Assembly: GCA_009377635.1 (NCBI GenBank)
Contig: WHTR01000004.1
Coordinates: forward strand, 1,682 to 65,681
Length of the DNA: 64,000 nucleotides
From: Chloroflexota bacterium
GTDB taxonomy: Bacteria; Chloroflexota; UBA6077; SHYK01
Reading direction: 5' to 3'
A program made the translations under genes and the position numbers. Position 1 is the first letter of the stretch; the number at the start of each line of letters is the position of its first letter. The notes below the pieces were generated by a model. The model did not search any database, had not been told where the DNA came from, and saw nothing but the letters and a program-made list of their open reading frames with translations. Of this stretch, positions 35,775-44,906 are shown one piece after another.

Positions 35775-37591
35775 GCGTCCACCGCTGGCTTCGCGACGAG
35801 AAACGGCCCGATCGCGAGCGCATCCAGCGGCGATGACCAGAACGACCGGAGCGCGTCTTCCGGCGAGCAGACGATAGGCTCGCTGCGCGTGTTGAAGGAC
35901 GTGTTGATCAGCACCGGAACGCCAGTTCGAGCCCGGAACGCCTTCACCAGGTCGTAGAAGAGTGGATGCTGGGACCGGTTGATGGTCTGAATGCGCGCTG
36001 TCCCATCGACGTGACGGACGGCCGGAATGCGGCCCGCCACGTCGGGTCGCACGGGGTAGACGAACAACATGAACGGTGACGTTTCAGCACGCTCGAACCA
36101 GCGTGAGGCCTCTTGCTCCAGCACGACTGGCGCGACCGGCCGAAAGTCCTCGCGGTCCTTGATGTCGTTGAGGCGGTCCTGCATAGACGCATCAATCGGC
36201 GACGCGAGGATGGATCGCGCGCCGAGCGCACGCGGCCCGAATTCCATGCGCCCCTGGAACCATCCAACAACGTTGCCTACGGCCAGCAGCGCGGCAACCT
36301 CCTGGGCGACGTCGTCCATCCGTCGATAGCTGGACTTGGACCAACGCAGGACCCGCTCGATGTCCTGATCCGAGTAGGCTGGACCGAGAAATGCATGATC
36401 CATGCGGAAGTGGCGGCTTTCGCTGCCACGCTCCCGGGCATCGACCCATAGGGCTGCACCCAGTGATGTCCCTGCATCACCGGCTGCGGGCTGGACCCAG
36501 AGGCGGGAGAATGGGCCGCGGTCGCGCAGGCAGGAGTTCATGACGCAGTTGAGCGCCACCCCTCCAGCCAGACACAGACTGTCGCTCCGCGTCGCCCCAT
36601 GCAGCCATCGGGCGAGCTCGAGCACGGTCTCTTCCAGCGCAACCTGGAGCGAGGCGGCTACGTCGTGATGACGGGCTTCAATTGGGGCATGTCGCTGACG
36701 CGGGGGTCCGAACCGGGCCTCCAGCTCTGGCGGCTGGACCGTGTAGCGGCCCTCACCCTGGACGCAAATAATCTCCTGGAACTCCCTCAGGAATCGTTGT
36801 TTCCCGAACGACGTAAGCGCCATAACCTTGTACTCATCGGACGAGCGTTGGAAGCCGAGGTACTCGGTCACCTGTTCGTAGAGAATGCCCAGCGAGTGGG
36901 GAACGTCCACCTGACCTAGTCGATCGAGTCGGTTCCCGTCCCCAATGCTGTAGCTGGTCGTCGCCCGCTCTCCCCGTCCGTCGACGGTGAGCACCGCTGC
37001 CTGCTCAAACGGGGAGGCGTGATAGGCGCTCACCGCGTGCGTCAGGTGGTGGTCCACGAAGTGCCAGCGATACGGACCGTCCGCGTGGACTTCCGGGAAC
37101 CGTTCCTTGAGATGGTGCGGCGCCCCACCCGCCAACTGCCGTGGGGCGTTCAGAACGTAGCACAGGAAGAGGGGCTCCCACGGCGACTCCCATGCCGATT
37201 TGGTCGGATGCGCGCTCGGTGCGACCGGCAGCGAGATCGCCGCTCCCACCTGATGCGATCCCAGTAGCTGATAGGGGTCGAAGGAGTAGGCAACATGATC
37301 CACGTCGGCGAGTCGGATTCCAGCGGCCCGGAGGCAATAGTCGATGGCCTGGAACGGCAGCTCGTACGTGGAAAATGGACCGGGACGCTTCCCGTGCTTC
37401 ACATGGTTGAAGCGTTCTTCCTCGGCCGCCGCGAGAACCTCGCCATCCCAGACGAGACTGGCCGACGGATCGTGAAAGACGGCATTGATGCCAAGTGTGT
37501 ACACGGTTTGCTGCCTTTCTTGGGACGATCCGCCAAACGGCGATCTCGCTCGCCTCTCGTGCTCCATCAACGAGGGATCGGTAGTTGTCAT
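35771..37591 (-). CDS. carbamoyltransferase (NodU/CmcH/TobZ family)
   Basis: YTLGINAVFHDPSASLVWDGEVLAAAEEERFNHVKH at the N-terminus and INTSFNTRSEPIV at the C-terminus. The ATG of the maximal ORF lies inside the repeat terminus GGATGAC. A GTG at 37504 (MYTLGI...) with an upstream GAAAGG is a likelier start. Confidence 0.85.
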   Translation of the reverse strand: MTTTDPSLMEHERRARSPFGGSSQERQQTVYTLGINAVFHDPSASLVWDGEVLAAAEEERFNHVKHGKRPGPFSTYELPFQAIDYCLRAAGIRLADVDHVAYSFDPYQLLGSHQVGAAISLPVAPSAHPTKSAWESPWEPLFLCYVLNAPRQLAGGAPHHLKERFPEVHADGPYRWHFVDHHLTHAVSAYHASPFEQAAVLTVDGRGERATTSYSIGDGNRLDRLGQVDVPHSLGILYEQVTEYLGFQRSSDEYKVMALTSFGKQRFLREFQEIICVQGEGRYTVQPPELEARFGPPRQRHAPIEARHHDVAASLQVALEETVLELARWLHGATRSDSLCLAGGVALNCVMNSCLRDRGPFSRLWVQPAAGDAGTSLGAALWVDARERGSESRHFRMDHAFLGPAYSDQDIERVLRWSKSSYRRMDDVAQEVAALLAVGNVVGWFQGRMEFGPRALGARSILASPIDASMQDRLNDIKDREDFRPVAPVVLEQEASRWFERAETSPFMLFVYPVRPDVAGRIPAVRHVDGTARIQTINRSQHPLFYDLVKAFRARTGVPVLINTSFNTRSEPIVCSPEDALRSFWSSPLDALAIGPFLVAKPAVDA

Positions 37592-37651
37592 CCTGAATCC
37601 GTATCCCTTGCCTGAGGGGATTCTTCTCCGCCTCAGGCGGATCAGAATGAC
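37587..37651. repeat. REP/MITE-like element with 10-bp terminal inverted repeats (GTCATCCTGA ... TCAGAATGAC)
   Basis: GTCATCCTGAatccgtatcccttgcctgaGGGGATTCTTCTCCGCCTCAGGCGGATCAGAATGAC. Same family as 15342, 15778/15838 and 45465. Confidence 0.6.
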
Positions 37652-37785
37652 GTTGATTGGGTACGATCACTTCTTCTCCGAGTATCGAAGCGGCGAGGAT
37701 CAATGCGAGTTGCGGCCGGTTAACTTCCCGTAAACGATTTCCAACGAGTTAGTGACAACCGTGCATGATTAAGAGCCCTTACGAC

Positions 37786-37814
37786 GCCGGAGAAGGATCC
37801 GCCGGTAGGATGAC
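37786..37814. repeat. degenerate REP-like unit ending in AGGATGAC
   Basis: GCCGGAGAAGGATCCGCCGGTAGGATGAC shares the GAGA...AGGATGAC ends of the right arm at 15838-15864. Confidence 0.4.
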
Positions 37815-38102
37815 ACCAACGCCCTCTAAAGCGACAGCGTTCAACACCCGGACCATTGCCTTCACCCATTGGCTTCGGATGTGCCGTCATAGACATAATA
37901 GGTAAAACCACAATGCACCTGGACGGGCTCCATCGATGAGCAAACGGCCAAGTGTGAGGTGTCTTGGGGGATCGGGACAGTGTCAACCCGACATGAGCAT
38001 TCGGGCATGATCTACGACTAGACTCAGCAAGACAGCGCGTGGTATGCACATCACATCGCTTGTATGGACGGTCTGCCAACTGTCATGAAAGGAGCGCACT
38101 TC

Positions 38103-38828
38103 ATGTTAGAGCTAGATGGGCGAGTGGCGGTCGTGACCGGTGGCGGCCAAGGGCTTGGCGAGGCGATCTGCAACGCGCTCGGCGACGCGAAAGCCATTGT
38201 TGTCGCCACGGACATTCGCCGGGAGCTGGCGCAGGGCGTCGCCGCCCGAGTCGAGGCGCATGGCGGTCGGGCGCTCGGCATGTACCTGGACGTAAGGGAC
38301 GAGGACGGAGCCGCGGCAACCTTACGACACGTTGTCGACGCCTACGGTCGTATCGACGTTCTGGTGAACAATGCCGGCGTCGATCGAACGGTCTCGATCG
38401 AGGAGCTGCTAATTCAGGAGTGGGACCGGATCATCGCGACGAACCTCCGGGGGCCGTTTGTGCTGTCGAAGCTGTGCCTGCCGCTCATGGGGCAACAGGG
38501 GAGCGGCCACATCGTGAACATCGTGTCCACCGCCGCAAAGCGGGCGTGGCCGAACGCTGCCGCCTACCACGCCAGCAAGTGGGGATTGCTCGGCTTCAGT
38601 CATGCCCTCCACGTCGAGGCCCGGACCCACAACGTAAAGGTCACTGCAGTCGTGAGCGGAGGGATGCGTACGCCGTTCCTGCTCGAGCGCTTCCCCGATA
38701 TCGATCCTAGTACGCTGCAGGACCCGCGGACGGTAGCGGAGACGGTCCGCTGGGTTCTGACGATCCCCGACGAGAGCGTGGTCCCCGAGGTGATGGTCAT
38801 CCCACTCGGAGAGACCTCGTGGCCGTGA
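38103..38828 (+). CDS. short-chain dehydrogenase/reductase (SDR)
   Basis: GAAAGGAG RBS. TGGGQGLG, NNAG and YHASKWG (YxxxK). Confidence 0.85.
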   Translation: MLELDGRVAVVTGGGQGLGEAICNALGDAKAIVVATDIRRELAQGVAARVEAHGGRALGMYLDVRDEDGAAATLRHVVDAYGRIDVLVNNAGVDRTVSIEELLIQEWDRIIATNLRGPFVLSKLCLPLMGQQGSGHIVNIVSTAAKRAWPNAAAYHASKWGLLGFSHALHVEARTHNVKVTAVVSGGMRTPFLLERFPDIDPSTLQDPRTVAETVRWVLTIPDESVVPEVMVIPLGETSWP

Positions 38829-38870
38829 CGCGAGCGGCGGCAGGTCCGAGCCTCGTACCCCGATTGCGGG

Positions 38871-39017
38871 TCAGACGACGCGACGACCGGTGACGAGCCG
38901 AACGATGAGTACCAACAGCGCGAGCACGAGGAGCAGGTGAATTAGCTGCCCACCCACGGACCCGATCAGGCCGAACAGCCAGAGGACGAGAAGGATCGCC
39001 AGAAGCGCCCAGAGCAT
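38871..39017 (-). CDS. lmo0937-family small membrane protein (48 aa)
   Basis: Too short for the supplied track (<60 aa). MLWALLAILLVLWLFGLIGSVGGQLIHLLLVLALLVLIVRLVTGRRVV, with a GGGAGGTGG RBS 4 nt upstream. The pattern matches the lmo0937-type two-helix peptides. Confidence 0.7.
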   Translation of the reverse strand: MLWALLAILLVLWLFGLIGSVGGQLIHLLLVLALLVLIVRLVTGRRVV

Positions 39018-39067
39018 GTGCCACCTCCCAGCGCGGCTCGCGGGCCGCACGCTCGTCTCCTCAACGT

Positions 39068-39096
39068 GAAGGAGGGGGCTCCATTGCCCCCTCCTC
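39068..39096 (-). terminator. GC-rich hairpin downstream of the HesB-like gene (no U-tract)
   Basis: GAAGGAGGGGGC-tccatt-GCCCCCTCCTC, 44 nt after the stop of 39140-39418. Confidence 0.3.
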
Positions 39097-39139
39097 GCAG
39101 CGGTGGTGAGGTTTTCCTCGGCGTGCTCCCGATCATCAA

Positions 39140-39418
39140 CTACCCCAGGAGCTTGAACCGAGATTGTGGCTGCCCATCGACCTCTTCCGTGTCACAATCG
39201 ATCACGCCGTCCAGGTTTCCGGAGATGCGGCTGTCGACGATGAGGACCGCTTTCCCGCCCGTCTCGATGACCTCATCGCCTTCGCTCGGCGTGTCGATTG
39301 TCATCCCGATCGTACCGGTCGCAGTCGGCACGAGCTTCACTCCCTGCCCGGCCGGCGCGTTATTGGCCTTCAGCATCTCGTCGAAGCCAGCCGCCGCTCG
39401 CTCAGTGACAGTGATCAT
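39140..39418 (-). CDS. HesB/IscA-fold protein lacking the conserved Cys ligands
   Basis: GGGAGG RBS before ATG 39418. MITVTERAAAGFDEMLK...GVKLV...VLIVDSRISGNLDGVIDCD follows the IscA/HesB layout, but the GGCSG and C-terminal CGCG motifs are absent. Confidence 0.5.
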   Translation of the reverse strand: MITVTERAAAGFDEMLKANNAPAGQGVKLVPTATGTIGMTIDTPSEGDEVIETGGKAVLIVDSRISGNLDGVIDCDTEEVDGQPQSRFKLLG

Positions 39419-39582
39419 CCGAACCTCCCGTGATGTGCTCATCCATCGTGGTCTCTCAGTTGTCGGGCGAGACTCCGCTTCACGCGTGTACGCGTGTCTC
39501 GGTATGGCCTGGCGTCGCCACCCGCGATCTCCCATCTTGGACTAACTATCGGGTAGCTAAGTTAAGCACCACATGGCGGAGT

Positions 39583-39599
39583 GTGAACCGTGAGTAAAC
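39583..39599 (-). promoter_or_regulatory. GTTTAC-N5-GTTCAC direct repeat in the hesB-like/hpf divergent region
   Basis: The plus strand reads GTGAACcgtgaGTAAAC. It is 93-109 nt upstream of the hpf ATG and 165-181 nt upstream of the hesB-like ATG, sense-oriented for the latter. Confidence 0.35.
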
Positions 39600-39691
39600 A
39601 CCCCTTTAATCCCCACGGTTGTACCCAGCATTTACGGCGCGCCATGCGGGGGTCAACGTCAACACCAGATAGTGAATTGAAGGGAGGTTCG

Positions 39692-40123
39692 ATGCTGATC
39701 ATCACCAAGGCCAGGAAGTTCAAACTGACGCAAAGTCTCAGGGCACTGGCTCAGCGCAAGGTGGCCAAGCTGGAACGGTACATGCCCGAGCTGGACCGTG
39801 CGGAGGTCGAGCTCAATATCGAACAGACGAGGAGCGTTGTCGATCGCGCAGTCGTGAACGTGAGGCTCTTCCACGGGAGGACCGTCTTCCGCGCTCAGGA
39901 GCGAGCCACTCAGATGCAGGTGGCTGTCGACTCGGTAGTGGACAAGCTTGAGAGCCAGCTGCAGAACTATCGAGCGCGCCAGCGAGCGCAGGTGCGCGGG
40001 CGAACAGCGGACGAACGCGTGGTCGCCGTGGAGGCAGGGCCCACGACTCCTCCTTACCCGCTGCTGTTGCGGCGCGAGACCAGCGAGGCGACGTCCAAGG
40101 CTGCGCAGTCGGTCCGCGAGTGA
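39692..40123 (+). CDS. hpf: ribosome hibernation promoting factor (HPF/RaiA family)
   Basis: GGGAGG RBS. MLIITKARKFKLTQSLRALAQRKVAKLERYMPELDRAEVELN...AVDSVVDKLESQL fits the S30AE/HPF N-terminal domain. Confidence 0.8.
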   Translation: MLIITKARKFKLTQSLRALAQRKVAKLERYMPELDRAEVELNIEQTRSVVDRAVVNVRLFHGRTVFRAQERATQMQVAVDSVVDKLESQLQNYRARQRAQVRGRTADERVVAVEAGPTTPPYPLLLRRETSEATSKAAQSVRE

Positions 40124-40152
40124 TTCCGCTGCAGACCAAATGGGGGGAGGAC

Positions 40153-40353
40153 ATGAGCAAGAACGTGAAGCGCGCGAGAACGCGGATCCAGGGGCACCTC
40201 GCGTTGCCAGTCAATCCAAGCGTTTCTGGCACAGCCAAGCAAGCGGCGCGCGTCGAGAAAGGGGGACGCACTGGCGGTGGGCGACGATCCGAGGGCAGCG
40301 GCCACCCACCCGCCGGTGGGCGGGGTGGCAAAGCGAGCCGCGGTCACCGATAG
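40153..40353 (+). CDS. small basic Gly/Arg-rich protein, unknown function
   Basis: Strong GGGGGGAGG RBS 4 nt before ATG 40153. 66 aa, with KGGRTGGGRR...GGRGGK loosely like KGG-type stress repeats. It sits directly after hpf. Confidence 0.45.
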   Translation: MSKNVKRARTRIQGHLALPVNPSVSGTAKQAARVEKGGRTGGGRRSEGSGHPPAGGRGGKASRGHR

Positions 40354-40615
40354 CCGGCGGACGTGCCGGACCCGAGCGCCATCCTGACTGCGCCAACGTT
40401 GTTCCCTCGAGTCCGCATCGGTTGCAGACTAGGCTCTCTCGCAAACCTTGTGATTCGACGCCACATAAGCACTACATGAGGGGTTGTCCCTCTCATAGCA
40501 CCTCAAGATATGCCAAGGATCAGCCCTGCTCCACACAAACTGCGAGAGAGCCCAGACTATACCGGCTGAGAGTACCTGGCTACTCAGCCCCGGCGCCCGT
40601 TCCGGAGGGGGCGCC

Positions 40616-41167
40616 TCAACGGCGTTCCCAGTAGACGCGGGAGAACTTCTCGCCAACCAGGCGGTCCACACGCAGCGTCCCTCCGAACGCCCTCTCGAAC
40701 GCCCTGCCGATCCGCTCGGCGAGGTAGCGCGTGGTCGTGAAGATGGTGATCTCCGCGCCCTGGTCGTGGACCGCGGCGAGTCGAGCGATCGGGTTCTCCC
40801 GCATCGCCTTCTGCTCCTCGTGGCGGATCATGGCGAGCGACTGCCGTTTGGTGCCGACCAGCAGCACGCTCCGGAGACGCACGTCTCCCTCGTAGAGCTG
40901 GCGGTCGAGGCGCTCGCACCCAGGACACGTGGTGACGCCCACGCGTGTATCGCGTTTGAGTTCCTGGTAGCGCCGCTCGTCGTAGAACCAGCGCTTGATC
41001 GTGGAGATCGCGTGGCACCGCGCGCAGATGAGTGTGCCGGGCCGGTCCTTGGCCATCTGCCGCTTGGCGGGGGGCGGTCGCCACTCGGCGCTCGCCCCGA
41101 GGGAGCGGCGATCGTACGCCCTCCGTGTCGGCTTCACCCGTCCAGGAATAGGGATCGTCTCGGGCAT
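40616..41167 (-). CDS. zinc-ribbon protein (NMD3-like / BCAM0308-type family)
   Basis: CARCHAI...CPGCER Cys pairs, followed by a conserved-looking alpha/beta region ending RVYWERR. Family assignment is from memory only. Confidence 0.5.
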   Translation of the reverse strand: MPETIPIPGRVKPTRRAYDRRSLGASAEWRPPPAKRQMAKDRPGTLICARCHAISTIKRWFYDERRYQELKRDTRVGVTTCPGCERLDRQLYEGDVRLRSVLLVGTKRQSLAMIRHEEQKAMRENPIARLAAVHDQGAEITIFTTTRYLAERIGRAFERAFGGTLRVDRLVGEKFSRVYWERR

Positions 41168-41172
41168 GACTC

Positions 41173-41517
41173 CTACCTTCCGGGCCTGAATCGCTCCGCC
41201 AACATCTCCGACGGAGCGACGTGGAGCTGATTCTCCACGCTGCGCACCCTGCTCACAGACCAGATGTCGTTCTCCGCCGCCTCGCGCTCGAGCGAACTGA
41301 GCACCGCGCCGGAGATCCGGACCGCACCCCTGTCGCCGACGTGCACGGCGACCTTCGAGCCGTCCACCGGCGGATCCTTCTCCAGCACAACCTTGATGGC
41401 CTCGGCGAGCGTCTCGTTGCTGTCAGGCTCCGGGTGCACGATCTCCAGCTGGCGATTGTCGAATCGCGGCGCGGCCAGCGCTCGCCTCGTCAGCTCGTCG
41501 TCATCGCGCTTCATCAT
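41173..41517 (-). CDS. BON domain protein
   Basis: LAEAIKVVLEKDPPVDGSKVAVHVGDRGAVRISGAVLSSLEREAAENDIWSVSRVRSVENQLHV is a single BON domain. Confidence 0.75.
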   Translation of the reverse strand: MMKRDDDELTRRALAAPRFDNRQLEIVHPEPDSNETLAEAIKVVLEKDPPVDGSKVAVHVGDRGAVRISGAVLSSLEREAAENDIWSVSRVRSVENQLHVAPSEMLAERFRPGR

Positions 41518-42515
41518 GGCCCCTGACGTTCGTACGGGATACGCCGGAGCTCTCCGCCCTCGCGGTCGCTCGCCCGCAGTGGCGATCGCCCGAGGATCCG
41601 CAGGCTATCCATCACGGTGCGGACTCCCGACACGCGGGCTGCGATGGCCAGCGCGGCGTCGTGATCTTCGATGCTGTCGACTCCGCCACCAAGAACGACC
41701 ACGCCGTCAGATGCAGATGGCACCACCTGGGACGGACTCACGCGCCCGTCGTCATGAAAGGCTTGGACGATACGCCCGACGAGAGCTTCATCTGGGTCGC
41801 GACTGGCGGAGCTCGCCTGCAGTGCGAGCCCGTTGCGAATACGCTGGAGACCCGGCACGTCCTGGGCGGCCCGTGTCGCCCGCTGGAGAGCTCGAGGGTC
41901 GGCCACCAGGCCGTGGAGATAGGCCCTGCCATCCCGGACGTAGCTTTCATTCTGATAGATCGTGACTCCGGCGTCCTCGATCGCGGCGTTGACCTCGCTG
42001 AGGAGCGCGGCATCGTCGACGATCGGGAATGGGCTATCGGTCGGGTCGATCTGGCCGACCCTGATGGCGCTGATCACGTCACGTACACCTTCGGCCCTCT
42101 CAGCGCCGCGCACCGCTGCGCGCTCCTCCGCCAGGCGGTTCACCCGCCCGACGAGCGTGACCACGCCGGTCTGGATCACAACACCCACGTCATGAAGCGA
42201 GACGCGCGGCTCGGCGGCAAGCCTCTCCCGCACGCGCTCAGCCAGCTCGTCGTCGGTCACGTATTGTCCTACGGCGACAGCCATGCGATTGTCGACGCGC
42301 CGGACGCCCGTGGCCCACTTGGTCAGGTGCTCGGCTCGGTGACGCTCGTACGGGGTGTGGACAGTTCCCAACAGTGTGATGCCGCCGCCCTCCAGGATGA
42401 CCCGGAGATCGTCGCTCTTGATCTGGCTATCACGAGCCAGCGTCGCTAGCACGCGCCCTCTCAGCTCGGCGTCCTCGATCTGACGCGAGTAACCATGGCT
42501 GAAGGCTTTGCTCAT
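41514..42515 (-). CDS. multi-BON-domain protein (about four repeats)
   Basis: GGGAG RBS before ATG 42515. Repeated units of the form D.ELa.rV...L......v....V.V...GvVtL.G.V......r.aA......GV..V.n.l. ATGA overlap with the next BON gene. Confidence 0.8.
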   Translation of the reverse strand: MSKAFSHGYSRQIEDAELRGRVLATLARDSQIKSDDLRVILEGGGITLLGTVHTPYERHRAEHLTKWATGVRRVDNRMAVAVGQYVTDDELAERVRERLAAEPRVSLHDVGVVIQTGVVTLVGRVNRLAEERAAVRGAERAEGVRDVISAIRVGQIDPTDSPFPIVDDAALLSEVNAAIEDAGVTIYQNESYVRDGRAYLHGLVADPRALQRATRAAQDVPGLQRIRNGLALQASSASRDPDEALVGRIVQAFHDDGRVSPSQVVPSASDGVVVLGGGVDSIEDHDAALAIAARVSGVRTVMDSLRILGRSPLRASDREGGELRRIPYERQGP

Positions 42516-43078
42516 GATCCGACTCCCGTGTAGGTTCACCCGATCGGAGGGCTGGGCATGAGATCCCGAAGTCCTGCGCACCCGACTGGCGGCGATGGGC
42601 AAGCTCTCGGCCCGTAGTACAACTCGGCTGAGGCCGTCGGCGGCCTTACACGTGCCGCCTTTCGACCACTTCGCCCTGGCGTGGGCTTCGCGCTTTGATG
42701 TTTCCAGCGCGTATCCCTACCCAACGTGACTACCCTGCGATGCCCCGGGCGGGCCAGTTGGTACACCGGAGGTTGCTCCACCCCGGTCCGCTCGCACGTG
42801 AAGTGGCTCCCCGACGCTTATCGCAGCCAGGCACGTCCTTCATCGGCTCCACGCGTCAAGGCATCCAGCGTGTGCCTTTTGTAGATTGCAGACATCAATC
42901 CCGGCAGCATGGAGATGTGCGGGTCTTCGGTTGTTCAGCTGCCGGCCCCTGCGGATCACGGGGGCCCGGGCCACCGGTCGGCCCTGATTAACCCTAACAC
43001 CATCCGAAAAAGCGCGTCCAGCTCCGGCCGTTGCAATCCGGCAGGATGTCGGTAAACGCGCGGCGAATAACACCATCT

Positions 43079-44191
43079 CTACAGATAGTCCACGACCGCG
43101 TAGACGAAGCGGTACAGTTGGGCCACTTCCAGTGCCGTCTGCCAGGTCATCTCGTCCGCGACGTGCGCGTGCTGAATCATCTCCGTTAAGAGGAATCTTC
43201 CAACCTGGCCTTCCAGCAGTGCACGCTCCAGCTCGACCGACTCCGTGTATGGGACATAGGGGTCGGTTCGGTCGTGCAGGACGAAGACCTCCGCGCGCAG
43301 CGTTCCGAGATGAGCGGCGGGGCTGAGCCGCTGGAGCGCCTGGCGCTCAGCGGGCGGGATGGCGCCCAGGCGCGACTGCGCCTCCTCACGCGTCGGCGCC
43401 TCCAGGACCGCGGCCGACGCCGCTAGGCCCATCGCCCGGAGTACCGCGTCGGCCTGGCGCACAGCATCCTGACTCGGCTGCCAGGCGATAGCCTCTCCGT
43501 CGAGATGGGTGCTGTGCGTGGCGAGGCTCTGGAGATACGCGACAGTATCGTAGTAGCCACCGAGGGACACGACGGCGCGGACGCGGTCGGCGACGCCTGG
43601 ATTGCTCGCCGCGACCAGGGCGATCGACGCGCCCATCGAGATCCCGACGATGGAGATCCGTTCGCGGTCAACCGCGGGCAAGCCCTCGAGGTAACCGATG
43701 CTCGCGACGAACGTCCCCGGGTCCTCAGGAATCGATGCCCCAGCGTCCAGTGCGGTGCTTCTCGGCCAGAGCACGACGTACCCGAGTCGCGCCAGACTGT
43801 CGGCGAAGCGCAAGAGCATCGGACGGTCTCTCTCGGGCAGCCACACCCCAAGGGCAATAATCACCGCCGGCCGTGAGTCCGCCGACGCTTCGTCGCGGGC
43901 GTCGGACGCTCCGAACAGATCGCCGACGACCGGTCCGTGCTCCGCAAGAAAGCGAACGTGCTGCTGCGACGGCTCCGCGGAAAGCGCGTGCAACGGCTTG
44001 ACCGGCACCTGGGGCAGCTCCTGGGAGAGCAGGAGCCAGACTTTTGCATGCACAACGAGAGGATTGAGAAGAACGATCAGCACCACCGGGAGCAGCAGGA
44101 ACATCGGCGACGGTGCCGGCCGCTTCCACCGCACGTTCCACGACCTCCGTCCGAAGGCAAGGCCATTTTTCAATCGGCAGTGCGCGCCCAC
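43079..44191 (-). CDS. membrane-anchored alpha/beta hydrolase (dienelactone hydrolase/peptidase S9-like)
   Basis: N-terminal TM helix (MFLLLPVVLIVLL), nucleophile elbow GISMGAS, and HDRTDPYVP...H near the C-terminus. The start is uncertain (44191 or about 44104). Confidence 0.7.
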   Translation of the reverse strand: MGAHCRLKNGLAFGRRSWNVRWKRPAPSPMFLLLPVVLIVLLNPLVVHAKVWLLLSQELPQVPVKPLHALSAEPSQQHVRFLAEHGPVVGDLFGASDARDEASADSRPAVIIALGVWLPERDRPMLLRFADSLARLGYVVLWPRSTALDAGASIPEDPGTFVASIGYLEGLPAVDRERISIVGISMGASIALVAASNPGVADRVRAVVSLGGYYDTVAYLQSLATHSTHLDGEAIAWQPSQDAVRQADAVLRAMGLAASAAVLEAPTREEAQSRLGAIPPAERQALQRLSPAAHLGTLRAEVFVLHDRTDPYVPYTESVELERALLEGQVGRFLLTEMIQHAHVADEMTWQTALEVAQLYRFVYAVVDYL

Positions 44192-44216
44192 GCTGGCTCG
44201 AGTCCAAGTGGGCGGG

Positions 44217-44905
44217 TCAGGCGGCGAGCCGCTCGATGCGGTCCATCAAGCCTGGCGCGCCGCCGACCTGACGATTTGTCGCAGCGAGGCGCTCGGCCGC
44301 GAGCCGATAGCGAGACTTGTTCAGGACGTACCCGACCGCTTCGGCAATCCGCTCGGGTCGGCCGTCTTCGCCCGCGATGCGGAGCCCGGCGCCTGCTCGC
44401 TCCAGCATCCGCACGTTGCTCTCTTGGTCGAACTGCATCGGGACGCCCACGGCCGGAATGCCGCACGCCACCGCCTTGAGCATTGTCTCGTGGCCCCCAT
44501 GCCAGATCAGCGCGTCCGCGGCGCGCATGGCTTGCAGATCATCGGGCAGGAAGCGGACAACCCGCACCGGCGGGCGGTTCAGCTCGCCGATCGTCGCTTC
44601 CCCCAGCCGCGTTCCGACCGAGCAGATGGCCGCTACACCCGCCTCCTCCAACCCACGCACCAGGGCACGCACGTACTGCTCCCGGGCGAGGGCACCGCCG
44701 ACCGTCGCGAAGACGAATGGACGCGCGTCGGGGACGCCCAGCGCTCTGCGCAGCTCCCCGCGCTCGGGTAGTGCGCTGGGGTCGTCCATGAGGAGCGCAC
44801 CCACCGGCGCGACGTCGCCGCGACGCAGGAGAACATTCGGTGGGATCAGCCAGGGCCACCGGATCAGCTCCGGGATGCTGGGGATGCAGCTGAGGTCGCC
44901 GAGCG
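44217..44905 (-). pseudogene. C-terminal half of a GT1 (MGT/UDP-glycosyltransferase-type) glycosyltransferase
   Basis: RPFVFATVGGAL...RFLPDDLQAMRAADALIWHGGHETMLKAVACGIPAVGVPMQFDQESNVRMLERAGAG is the GT1 donor-binding domain. No matching N-terminal domain lies upstream in frame. Confidence 0.6.
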
Positions 44906-44906
44906 G

